Source: Candidatus Hydrogenedentota bacterium (GTDB lineage: Bacteria; Hydrogenedentota; Hydrogenedentia; Hydrogenedentales; SLHB01). Taken from it: 64,000 bases of DNA. Numbering within the stretch: the stretch's first letter is position 1; each line of letters begins with the position of its first letter. Below, piece by piece: positions 28,316-36,539 of the stretch. Location of the stretch: contig CAXXTH010000010.1 in NCBI GenBank assembly GCA_963668025.2, positions 800,001 through 864,000 on the forward strand, given 5' to 3'. Made by a program: the position numbers and the translations under genes. The notes below the pieces were generated by a model. That model had not been told where the DNA came from and made no database searches. It worked only from the letters and a program-made list of their open reading frames with translations.

Positions 28316-29088
28316 AGCCAGGCGGGACACAGGGAGTTGATACAGCCACGGGCATGATTCGGCTGCAACGTTATCTCGCTGAATGTGGAGTAGCTTCCCG
28401 GCGCCAATCTGAAACGCTCATTTCGCAAGGGCGGGTGAAGGTGAATGGCCAAGCTGCTCAACTGGGCGCGAATGTGGACCCGCAACAGGACCAAGTCACC
28501 TTGGATGGCCGTCCTGTGGGGCGGGGAGGCAAAGTATATATCCTCCTCAATAAGCCCCGCGGTGTCATTACGAGCGCGCGGGACACCCATCAGCGCAAAA
28601 CCGTCATCGACTGCTTGAACGGCCTGGATGCGCGGGTATTCCCTGTCGGCAGGCTCGATATGGATGTTGAAGGCGCGCTCTTGCTGACAAATGATGGAGA
28701 ACTCGCCTTCCGGCTGACGCATCCCAGCTACGAAATCGAAAAAGTGTATCTGGCGAAAGTCCAAGGCAAATTCCAAGGCGAGGCGGCGCGGAAGCTCCAG
28801 AAAGGCGTCAAGCTCGAGGATGGCTGGACCTCTCCCGCGGGCGTCGCCATCATCCAGCATTTGCCTGGCGCAACACTGCTCCAGCTCACCTTGCACGAAG
28901 GCCGCAAACGTGAAGTGAAACGCATGTGCGCCCATGTCGGCCATCCTGTCATCGAACTGCGCCGAATCTCGTTAGGCGGCCTTGGCGTCGAAGGCCTCAA
29001 GCCCGGCGAATGGCGCCATCTCCAGCCTCAAGAAGTCCAAGCATTGCGTGAGCGCACCGGCCTTTCGGATTCCGTAAGGCTAGAATAG
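28312..29088 (+). CDS. rluB: rRNA pseudouridine synthase (RsuA/RluB family)
   Basis: S4 domain RLQRYLAECGVASRR, LNKPRG, PVGRLD and EGRKREVKRM; typical position after scpB. Confidence 0.9.
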   Translation: MKPGGTQGVDTATGMIRLQRYLAECGVASRRQSETLISQGRVKVNGQAAQLGANVDPQQDQVTLDGRPVGRGGKVYILLNKPRGVITSARDTHQRKTVIDCLNGLDARVFPVGRLDMDVEGALLLTNDGELAFRLTHPSYEIEKVYLAKVQGKFQGEAARKLQKGVKLEDGWTSPAGVAIIQHLPGATLLQLTLHEGRKREVKRMCAHVGHPVIELRRISLGGLGVEGLKPGEWRHLQPQEVQALRERTGLSDSVRLE

Positions 29089-29121
29089 CGCCGCATCACA
29101 AATGCATCCTCTTTAGGTGAT

Positions 29122-29147
29122 ACGCCGCCTGAAATGGCGTTTTTTTT
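29122..29147 (+). terminator. Possible intrinsic terminator
   Basis: ACGCC-loop-GGCGT followed by a T-run, downstream of rluB. Confidence 0.55.
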
Positions 29148-29197
29148 GACGCCATGCCGTTGCATAATTCAATGGAGCCCATCTCTAATGCGTTGAA

Positions 29198-30887
29198 CCT
29201 AAAAAAGGCAGTAGGAACTTGCTTTGGGATTTTTCCAGCCCAATTTTGTAAAGAAATAACTGTCCTGGCCCGCTCTTTACGTTGGCGCCGACAGCAGGTT
29301 GGGGGTGGCCAGCGGCCTTCCCTCGAGTATTTTGGCGAAGATCCGGCTGAGGATCGTCCGCCATCGTTCGTTCCGGTTCAACTGCCGCGCAGTTGCTTTC
29401 ACCTCCGATAAAAAGGCGTTTACGGATTTCAGAACTTGTTCCATAGCATGTCCTTGCGCATGCACGGGGGTGATGGTGAGCGTGGTTTGGCCTCCGTGGC
29501 GGGTCTGCTGTCCCACACCATACAGCAGCAGAGGGCGGCTTGTGATCGCTTCGGCGTGGCGCTCCGGAATCGCCAAGCGCACGTACAAAGACCACCAATT
29601 GTAAATCAGGGCTATGATTCGCGCCATGATTTGGCAGCGCTTCATATCGTGGGTGGTATACCCGCCCCACCCCCACTGGTTTTTCTGTTCATCGTAGATG
29701 TTTTCCGCATCGCCCCGGTCGCGATAATGCTGGGCCAAGGCCGATAGGGGGTCTGTCAGCGAAGTGGCCAGCAGCGCGTATTCATACTGCTGCACGGCTC
29801 CCGCTTGGATCTCGATGAGCTGTAGTTGGGGGGAGGGGTCAGGCAATAGCGGCTCCGTTTCCAGAACGATACTCCCTTTGAGCTTGCGCCGCAGAACGAT
29901 TACCCGGCGTTTGCTCGTCCATCCCATAAGCTCCAGACGGTCTTCCAAACCTTCCCAGCCTTGGCCTGCTGGCGTCCAGTCCTTAGAACAAAAGGCCTGC
30001 TGGATAAGCCGTTTCACGTTGCTGGTCTGCCGCAATTTGAACAGATAGGGCACTCCGCGCGCTTCGGCTTCGCTCATGTCGCGTTCGTTGCCGAAGGCGC
30101 AGTCGCCGCGAATCATGCCCGGCCAGGCCGCGCGCGGCAAGCCATCGAGAAAATGCCACAATCCAGGCATGGTGTATTTCGCCGCCGTCTCGTTGCCCGG
30201 CCGGACTTCCACGTCCAGCACCAAGCGCGTGTTCGCCATAAAATAGGTATGCAGCACATGAGAAGGACGGCCCTGTTTCGCCGGATTGTAGCCCAGCACG
30301 GCCCCTTCTTGATGGCCGAACAGGGGCTTCACGCTTGTATCCACGTCCAAAATCCAAGGCTCATAAAGCAACGGCTCATAACAGCGGCGCAGGTGCTTCT
30401 GTAGCCAGCCCGCGCAGGCTTCCCCGTCCGCCAGTATAAATGCCCGCCGCGCCGAGGAGGCGCTCATGATCTTGCTCATACCCAGCAAGCCCGGGTTCAC
30501 CGCGTCGTAACGGACCGCGTCAATGTGCGCATAGCGGGTGTGGCCCGCCAGCACTGATAAAAATAGCGTGCCCAGCACATCCCTCTTGCGCGGCGCATTA
30601 TTGCTGGCGTACGCCAGCGGACAGTCCTCCACCCACGCTTCAAAAAGCTCCGCCGTCTTGAGGAAATCGATAAAGAACGCCAACTGGCCAAACGGCGTCG
30701 TTGCCGCCTCCCGGTCCCATTCCACATGCACCCGGCCCCCGTAGCTATCTACGAAAATCGGCACCTCCAAAGACAACCATTCCTCCTCTCCCAATGGGGA
30801 GCATCTTGCTGTTGCGATTCTGTTTCCATGTTCTTTATCTTGAACTACTTCCTGCTCGACACTCAAGATTCAACTGGCGTTTTTAGG
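29198..30887 (-). mobile_element. IS1380-family element
   Basis: Imperfect IRs CCTAAAAAAGGCAGT / CCTAAAAACGCCAGT. The flanks TTGAA and GTGAA may be an imperfect 5-bp duplication. Confidence 0.85.
29277..30866 (-). CDS. IS1380-family DDE transposase
   Basis: WILDVDTSVKPLFGHQEGAVLGYNP.K.GRPS, RGDCAFG and Y.DRGDAEN.YDE.KNQWG. Confidence 0.9.
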   Translation of the reverse strand: MSVEQEVVQDKEHGNRIATARCSPLGEEEWLSLEVPIFVDSYGGRVHVEWDREAATTPFGQLAFFIDFLKTAELFEAWVEDCPLAYASNNAPRKRDVLGTLFLSVLAGHTRYAHIDAVRYDAVNPGLLGMSKIMSASSARRAFILADGEACAGWLQKHLRRCYEPLLYEPWILDVDTSVKPLFGHQEGAVLGYNPAKQGRPSHVLHTYFMANTRLVLDVEVRPGNETAAKYTMPGLWHFLDGLPRAAWPGMIRGDCAFGNERDMSEAEARGVPYLFKLRQTSNVKRLIQQAFCSKDWTPAGQGWEGLEDRLELMGWTSKRRVIVLRRKLKGSIVLETEPLLPDPSPQLQLIEIQAGAVQQYEYALLATSLTDPLSALAQHYRDRGDAENIYDEQKNQWGWGGYTTHDMKRCQIMARIIALIYNWWSLYVRLAIPERHAEAITSRPLLLYGVGQQTRHGGQTTLTITPVHAQGHAMEQVLKSVNAFLSEVKATARQLNRNERWRTILSRIFAKILEGRPLATPNLLSAPT

Positions 30888-30989
30888 GTGAAAATGTATG
30901 ACTTGTATGCACACGGCGTAGTAGCAGCCAAACTAGACCGTTTTAACGAAACGCGCTTACGATGATTGAATCATGGAATGAAGATCGAT

Positions 30990-31120
30990 AGCATCATAAC
31001 CAAAGTCATCGAAGGCGTCCAATTCGTCGATGGCCGACTCAAAAAATGCAGCTTAGAAAAGTTAGGAAAGTTTAGAGCGGCTTCGCTCACTGAGCAGTTT
31101 ATACAAGATTTGGTAATATC
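30990..31120 (+). pseudogene. Possible IS256-family transposase C-terminal remnant
   Basis: The translation ITKVIEGVQFVDGRLK (NAA* after a 1-nt shift) resembles an IS256 C-terminus. An IR-like ATACAAGATTTGGTAATATC follows. Confidence 0.4.
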
Positions 31121-31477
31121 GAATCGTCGTGCTGGATAACCTCTCGCCTTATCAGTTTTCCGCTGTTGCAGAAATGATTCAAGCATCCGGTGCGGAGCTT
31201 TAGTATTAGCCACCTTACAGTTCCGACCTCAATTCCACAGAAAAGAAGTGGTCCAGGGCCCAAGAAATCTTGCGTTCTCTTTTTGTCCGGTTATATAACC
31301 AGGCCATTAATGCAACCGATATTATTTATTTTATCCCTTCGTTTTTAGCCCCCTTTTTTTGTTTTGACGGCTCAGCAATAGCCATATTGTGGCCATTGTA
31401 AATATATCATAAATTATTATTATATAAGATATTAAGTTTGCAAGGGATGCTCTGAATAATCGCTCTAGTTTCATGCC

Positions 31478-31520
31478 TTGACAAGCCGTCGTTTTTTTCG
31501 ATATATTGTATCGGTTGTAC
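31478..31520 (+). promoter_or_regulatory. Sigma70 promoter with an adjacent LacI-type operator
   Basis: TTGACA-18nt-TATATT followed immediately by GTATCGGTTGTAC. Confidence 0.65.
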
Positions 31521-31556
31521 AACATGGCAACACTAAACGTATTTGGAGGAATAACG

Positions 31557-33023
31557 ATGGAATCCGCTAGACCCAATTGTCAAATGCCCCGCGTCGGGAT
31601 GTTGCTTACAGCTACAGATGTGTTCAATGCGTCGGCGAAAGAGCGCTCGGAACGCCTTATCCGTGAGCGGTTTGAGCTGCTGCGAGCTTCGGATAAAATT
31701 GCACTGGACAGCCTTGTCGTGGACCGGCTGTCGAGTCCGCATGCTGCCCTTGCGGCGGCAGACGCTTTTGCAGAAGCGTGTGTGGACTTGATTCTGATTG
31801 TGAATGTAGGGTTCCCGGATGGGCATGTATTTCTGACAGTGGCGACGCATCCTCATCTTGCCCGAATTCCTCTGGCAGTGGTAGCGGAACCGGAGCCTGA
31901 AAGCCGGGAGTGGGCAACCAATGCGTGGTGCGGCGCGATTATGAACAACCATGTTGCCCGCCGCATCGGAAGGCCTATTGTTACGCTACCGGGGCCGTTT
32001 GATGGCCAGGCATTCGAGGACGAACTAGATCGCTTGGTTCGGGTCGCCTGGGCCATCAAAGGTCTTCGCCGTGATTTTCTATGCCGCTTTGGCGATGCGC
32101 CCGGTGGATTTCATTCTGCAACGGGCGACCAGTTGGCGTTTGCATCTATATTGGGCACACGTGTAGAAACAGTTGATTTGACCGCTGTTATGAACGCTTT
32201 TCATACCAGAACGGTTTCGGGACTCCTCGGCACGGAGTGTTTCACCGACGAGGATGTGGCGGCAACCGCGCGCCAGGTGTCGGAGGCCGCAGCCGTTGAG
32301 GTTGAGCCTGCCATGCTCGATCGGGCGGCGCGTCTCTACCATGCTTACCGCGCCATTATCCGCGCCAACGGGTATACCTCAGCCTCGTTCCGGTGCTGGC
32401 CTGAACAAAACGAGCCTTACATTGGCATCAGTCCATGTGTGGCGATGGGACTGCTCCTTATCAATCGGGACATCACCGCAGCAGGTTGCGAAGGCGACTG
32501 GCCCACCGCCGTGGCCCAAACCATGGGCACGTTTCTGTCCGGCCAGCCTGCCGTGTGTCTGGACTGGGTGAATCACACCGGCGCATCGGAAATTGTGCAA
32601 TTGGGACATTGTGGTATGGGGCTTTGCGGACGAATGGCAAAGAACCGGGTGCCGGAAGCCCCACCCGCTTCGGTCATTACACACCATCCTGTGTTGCGGC
32701 AAGCCAGCAAAGTCAACGGCCCCGTTCATATTGGCCAATTCGAGTTTGGCGTCAAGACCGGCATATGTTTGACTCCAGGGACAAACGGCGTCCTTAAGCT
32801 TCTAGCGTTCCGGGGGGAGAGCAATCAGGTGACGGATCAAGGCATGCTTTACAGCGCGGCCGATATGCGGGTTCCCAGCTTCCGGCGGCTGAACAGGTTG
32901 ATTCTTGATCACGGCTTCCCGCACCATTTGGCGATGGCATTTGGTGATGTGGTGGATGATCTCCAGATGCTATGCACGTTCTTGGATATCGAATACGTGA
33001 CTCCGGATGGGGAGGAAATATGA
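31557..33023 (+). CDS. L-fucose/L-arabinose isomerase-family protein
   Basis: FRCWPE, AGCEGD, LGHCG and GFPHHLA motifs; GGAGGA RBS before ATG 31557. Confidence 0.8.
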   Translation: MESARPNCQMPRVGMLLTATDVFNASAKERSERLIRERFELLRASDKIALDSLVVDRLSSPHAALAAADAFAEACVDLILIVNVGFPDGHVFLTVATHPHLARIPLAVVAEPEPESREWATNAWCGAIMNNHVARRIGRPIVTLPGPFDGQAFEDELDRLVRVAWAIKGLRRDFLCRFGDAPGGFHSATGDQLAFASILGTRVETVDLTAVMNAFHTRTVSGLLGTECFTDEDVAATARQVSEAAAVEVEPAMLDRAARLYHAYRAIIRANGYTSASFRCWPEQNEPYIGISPCVAMGLLLINRDITAAGCEGDWPTAVAQTMGTFLSGQPAVCLDWVNHTGASEIVQLGHCGMGLCGRMAKNRVPEAPPASVITHHPVLRQASKVNGPVHIGQFEFGVKTGICLTPGTNGVLKLLAFRGESNQVTDQGMLYSAADMRVPSFRRLNRLILDHGFPHHLAMAFGDVVDDLQMLCTFLDIEYVTPDGEEI

Positions 33024-34078
33024 GAAAGAAACAAGGGAACACTCGGGCAGTCAACAAGAAAGTGACCTTGAGGGATGTCGCCGATTTGGCGAGCGTTTGC
33101 AAGTCCACTGCGTCGCGAATTCTTCGCGCCACAAACGGCGATCCGCTTCCGTTCGATCCTAAGACACAGGAAATCGTGCGGGCCGCCGCAGCGAAACTAT
33201 CGTATTCGCCAAGCCGGCTTGCTCGCAGCCTTACCACCTCCAAAACCCACGCCGTCGGATTCATTGTCCCTTCCGTCGAGGACAGTTTCTTCCCAAACCT
33301 GACTGCGGTAATCGAGACGCGTTTAGCTGAGTGCGACTACAGCGTGACTCTCGCGACTACCAGAGATCTTGCCGCCATCGAGTGTGTTAAAATCGTGGAT
33401 CTGCTTGGCTGGCATGTAGATGGGCTTATCATTGTACCTTGCCAGGAAACCATGGACCCGTCCCAATTCTGGAGTTTATGGCACTCCAAAACCCCATTTG
33501 TTTTGCTGGACCGGCTATTTCCCGACACTCCGTTTCATAGCGTGACGACCGATGACTATGCGGGGGCGGCCTTGGCGGTCGAGCACTTGCTTTCCATCGG
33601 CCGAACGCGCATAGCCCGCGTGGGAGGGCCATTGACTGTCTACACGAACCGCCTCCGTGATCGTGGCTGGACAGAGACTTTGCTGCGCGCTGGAATCATC
33701 CCCGAGCCCAGCTATGCCATTGATGTTCCGACCACTCTCGAAGGCGGACGCCAAGCGGTACGAATGCTGGTAGAATGCAATCTCCGTCCAGATGCCTTGT
33801 TCTGCCTGAGCGATCGGGTTGCCGCAGGGGCTATCGAAGAATGTCATCGGCTCGGGATTCGCATTCCAGACGAAATGGCGCTGGTGGGATATGCCGATCT
33901 GGAACTCTCCTTTATGTTGCGGATTCCTCTTACTACCGTGCGCCAGCCCCGCCGTGAGGTCGGGCTGGCGGCTGCAAACCGGCTTCTTAGCTTAATAAAT
34001 GGCGAGACACCGGAAACCGCCGCCCAGGTATTTCCCGTGGAACTGGTCGTGCGCGAGTCAACCGTGGCTTGCCGGTGA
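33020..34078 (+). CDS. LacI-family transcriptional regulator
   Basis: VTLRDVADLASVCKSTASRIL HTH, Y.PS.LARSL, IPDEMALVGY.D, PLTTVRQP and LVVREST. Confidence 0.95.
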   Translation: MRKKQGNTRAVNKKVTLRDVADLASVCKSTASRILRATNGDPLPFDPKTQEIVRAAAAKLSYSPSRLARSLTTSKTHAVGFIVPSVEDSFFPNLTAVIETRLAECDYSVTLATTRDLAAIECVKIVDLLGWHVDGLIIVPCQETMDPSQFWSLWHSKTPFVLLDRLFPDTPFHSVTTDDYAGAALAVEHLLSIGRTRIARVGGPLTVYTNRLRDRGWTETLLRAGIIPEPSYAIDVPTTLEGGRQAVRMLVECNLRPDALFCLSDRVAAGAIEECHRLGIRIPDEMALVGYADLELSFMLRIPLTTVRQPRREVGLAAANRLLSLINGETPETAAQVFPVELVVRESTVACR

Positions 34079-34632
34079 ACCATCGGCAAGACGGGAGGGC
34101 TGGGACAGCCGCTGACATTTCTGGCAAACCTAACTTGTATTCATAATCAGTGCATCGAATGACAAGGCCGCCCCAGTATGAAAATATTCGAACCGAAATT
34201 GCAATTGATATATAAAAATTTCTGCAACCGATATAATGATTTTCTAGGTGATTTTTTTTGGGAAATATCCCACCGGAGCGATAGGCCCATACTTTATCGT
34301 TCTCTAGTTTTGCAATACCTCTCCTATTCTTCAAAATGAGCTTTTTTTGCCCTGCAAACTCCGTTATGTGATTATTGATCCCACGCACGGGCATAGGCCC
34401 CCCTTTTTTCTCCTTAGTGGATCTAAGCATGTAAGAGTTATAATTACAACTACTTAAGTTTTTAGTTCTCCTGTTTGGGCCACGAGCGCTCTACAATTTC
34501 GTTGCTTCAATCGCATTTTGAACACACTCTTAAATCCACGGCAATACATTAGGACGCCAAATCTTCAACAACCGAGCCTATTCATGCCCTCTCGCTAAAA
34601 CGCGGTGACACGGAAGCCTTGCATTTCAGGAC

Positions 34633-34671
34633 TTGACATCATCAAAAGAACCTTTTATAATACCGGTTGCA
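34633..34671 (+). promoter_or_regulatory. Consensus sigma70 promoter with LacI-type operator
   Basis: Perfect TTGACA-17nt-TATAAT followed by ACCGGTTGCA. Confidence 0.85.
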
Positions 34672-34786
34672 TAGAGAATGTGGCCCGCCTCCGGTAATTG
34701 GAGGCCTACAAATTTCTGGTTCTTCCCAGGCGTACCTAGAAGCAGGTCAAACGCGCAAGAACCAGGGAGAAAACCATGGAGGACTT

Positions 34787-35599
34787 ATGAAAGGTAAGCA
34801 AGTTCGGATGCGCAGGCTATTTGGCAAGGGCAGAGGTGTTTTTGTGCCAATGGATCACCCGTTGTTTTTTGGCCCCCTGCCGGGGATCACAAATCCACGA
34901 GAACTGGTCTCGGATGTGGCGGCTACTCCAGCGGATGGTGTGCTCCTGACGATTGCGACGCAAGAACGGACCGTAGACGTGCTGGGTGGCCTTGCAACGA
35001 TCGCACGCTTGGACGGTACGCACACGCGCCTCGGCTCGCATCTCATCGAAGTAGACAGGATTTCGAGCGTCGAATTGGCGTTGGCGGCGGGCTGCGACGC
35101 CTGCGTGTTGAATATCTTTATCGGCGTTGATAATGAACGCGACCTCATCCGAAAGCTTGGCGAAACCGCAGAATCCTGCGCCCGCTGGGGCATGCCGCTC
35201 ATCGGCGAGATGATCCCCAAGGGGGCGCTGGCGGGGCACTATGGTGCAAAAGAGCGCGTCAGCGAAGATGAACTTGCGGATCAAACCGCACTGGCGGCGC
35301 GGGTCGGCGCGGAGGTTGGGGCCGATGTAATTAAAACTAGCTACACCGGCTCAATGGAGAGCTTTCGGCGGGTCGTGGAAGCAGCGTCCGTACCGGTTGT
35401 GGTAGCTGGCGGGCCTTGCGGCGACACAGTCGAAGACCTTCTTCGGATGGTAGAGAACTGCATGGCGGCAGGAGCCGCGGGTATTTGCATTGGCCGCAAT
35501 GTTTGGGCGCGCCCGAATCGTCGCGAAGTACTCCGTGCATTGTGCCGTATTGTGCATGACAACGTACCTGTAGCTAAAGCCATGGCTGAGGAGGAATGA
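34787..35599 (+). CDS. Class I aldolase, DhnA/LsrF family
   Basis: VPMDH, AARVGAEVGADVIKTSY (Schiff-base Lys), VVVAGG and IGRNVW; GGAGGA RBS. Confidence 0.9.
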   Translation: MKGKQVRMRRLFGKGRGVFVPMDHPLFFGPLPGITNPRELVSDVAATPADGVLLTIATQERTVDVLGGLATIARLDGTHTRLGSHLIEVDRISSVELALAAGCDACVLNIFIGVDNERDLIRKLGETAESCARWGMPLIGEMIPKGALAGHYGAKERVSEDELADQTALAARVGAEVGADVIKTSYTGSMESFRRVVEAASVPVVVAGGPCGDTVEDLLRMVENCMAAGAAGICIGRNVWARPNRREVLRALCRIVHDNVPVAKAMAEEE

Positions 35600-36537
35600 T
35601 TGCAGTGAGTCGCAAATCGGTATTGTGCATCGGCCAATTGGTAGCTGATGTGGTTGTGCGCCCTGTGAACCAAATCCCTTCCTCAGGCCATGTGGCGCGG
35701 CTCAATGAACTTGAGCTCGTCGCGGGAGGGTGTGCGGCAAACGCCGCATGCGTCTTGGCAAAACTCGATGTGAAGACTTATTTCGCAGGCTTGGTCGGAA
35801 ATGACCGTTTCGGCGAAGTCGTCTTGGCCGATATGGCGGCATCTGGGGTCGATATTGAACACGTCATGCGCGACTCACAGGCTCCCACGTCTGCCGTTGT
35901 AGTGCTTGTTGATGAACGAGGGGAACGTTCATTTTTGTACCGAGAAGGCAGTAGCGAACGGCTCACTGCAGCGATGATCCCCGAAGCGCTTTTCCAACAA
36001 GCCGGGTTTGTTCATGTCGGTGGGGCTATGAAGCTCCCTCTGCTGGATATGCACGGCATCCTTAGCCGCGCCCGCCAACAAGGCTGCGTTACTTCACTTG
36101 ATACGGATTGGGATCCTCTCGGGCTCTGGATGGATACGCTACGCCATGTTTTGCCGGTAGTGGACTATCTCCTGACCAATGAAGAAGAAGGATACATGCT
36201 CACCGGCGAAAAAGATGCGAAAGCTATTGGAAAGGCGTTGCGCGCACTCGGCGCAAGCACAGTCTTAGTTAAGTGTGGAAAAAGAGGAGCCATAGTGGTC
36301 TTCGGCGAGGGTGTACAAACGTTTCCGGGGAACCCGGTGCCCGTAGTGGACACTACGTGTGCGGGCGACGCATTCGTGGCGGGATTTCTTTACAGTCTCG
36401 TGCAGGGAAACTCACTGCCCGGTGCGGTTGCCTTCGCCAACGCCGCCGGGGCATTGGCTGTTACGGACACCAGCCACCGCGCCGTGATTTCCACCGCATC
36501 TGTGCATGAACTAATCCAGCAGCAACAAGGAGAATAG
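35596..36537 (+). CDS. PfkB-family carbohydrate kinase
   Basis: GGCAANAA..LAKL, VGND.FG, NEEE and DTTCAGDAFVAGF. Confidence 0.93.
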   Translation: MIAVSRKSVLCIGQLVADVVVRPVNQIPSSGHVARLNELELVAGGCAANAACVLAKLDVKTYFAGLVGNDRFGEVVLADMAASGVDIEHVMRDSQAPTSAVVVLVDERGERSFLYREGSSERLTAAMIPEALFQQAGFVHVGGAMKLPLLDMHGILSRARQQGCVTSLDTDWDPLGLWMDTLRHVLPVVDYLLTNEEEGYMLTGEKDAKAIGKALRALGASTVLVKCGKRGAIVVFGEGVQTFPGNPVPVVDTTCAGDAFVAGFLYSLVQGNSLPGAVAFANAAGALAVTDTSHRAVISTASVHELIQQQQGE

Positions 36538-36539
36538 CA

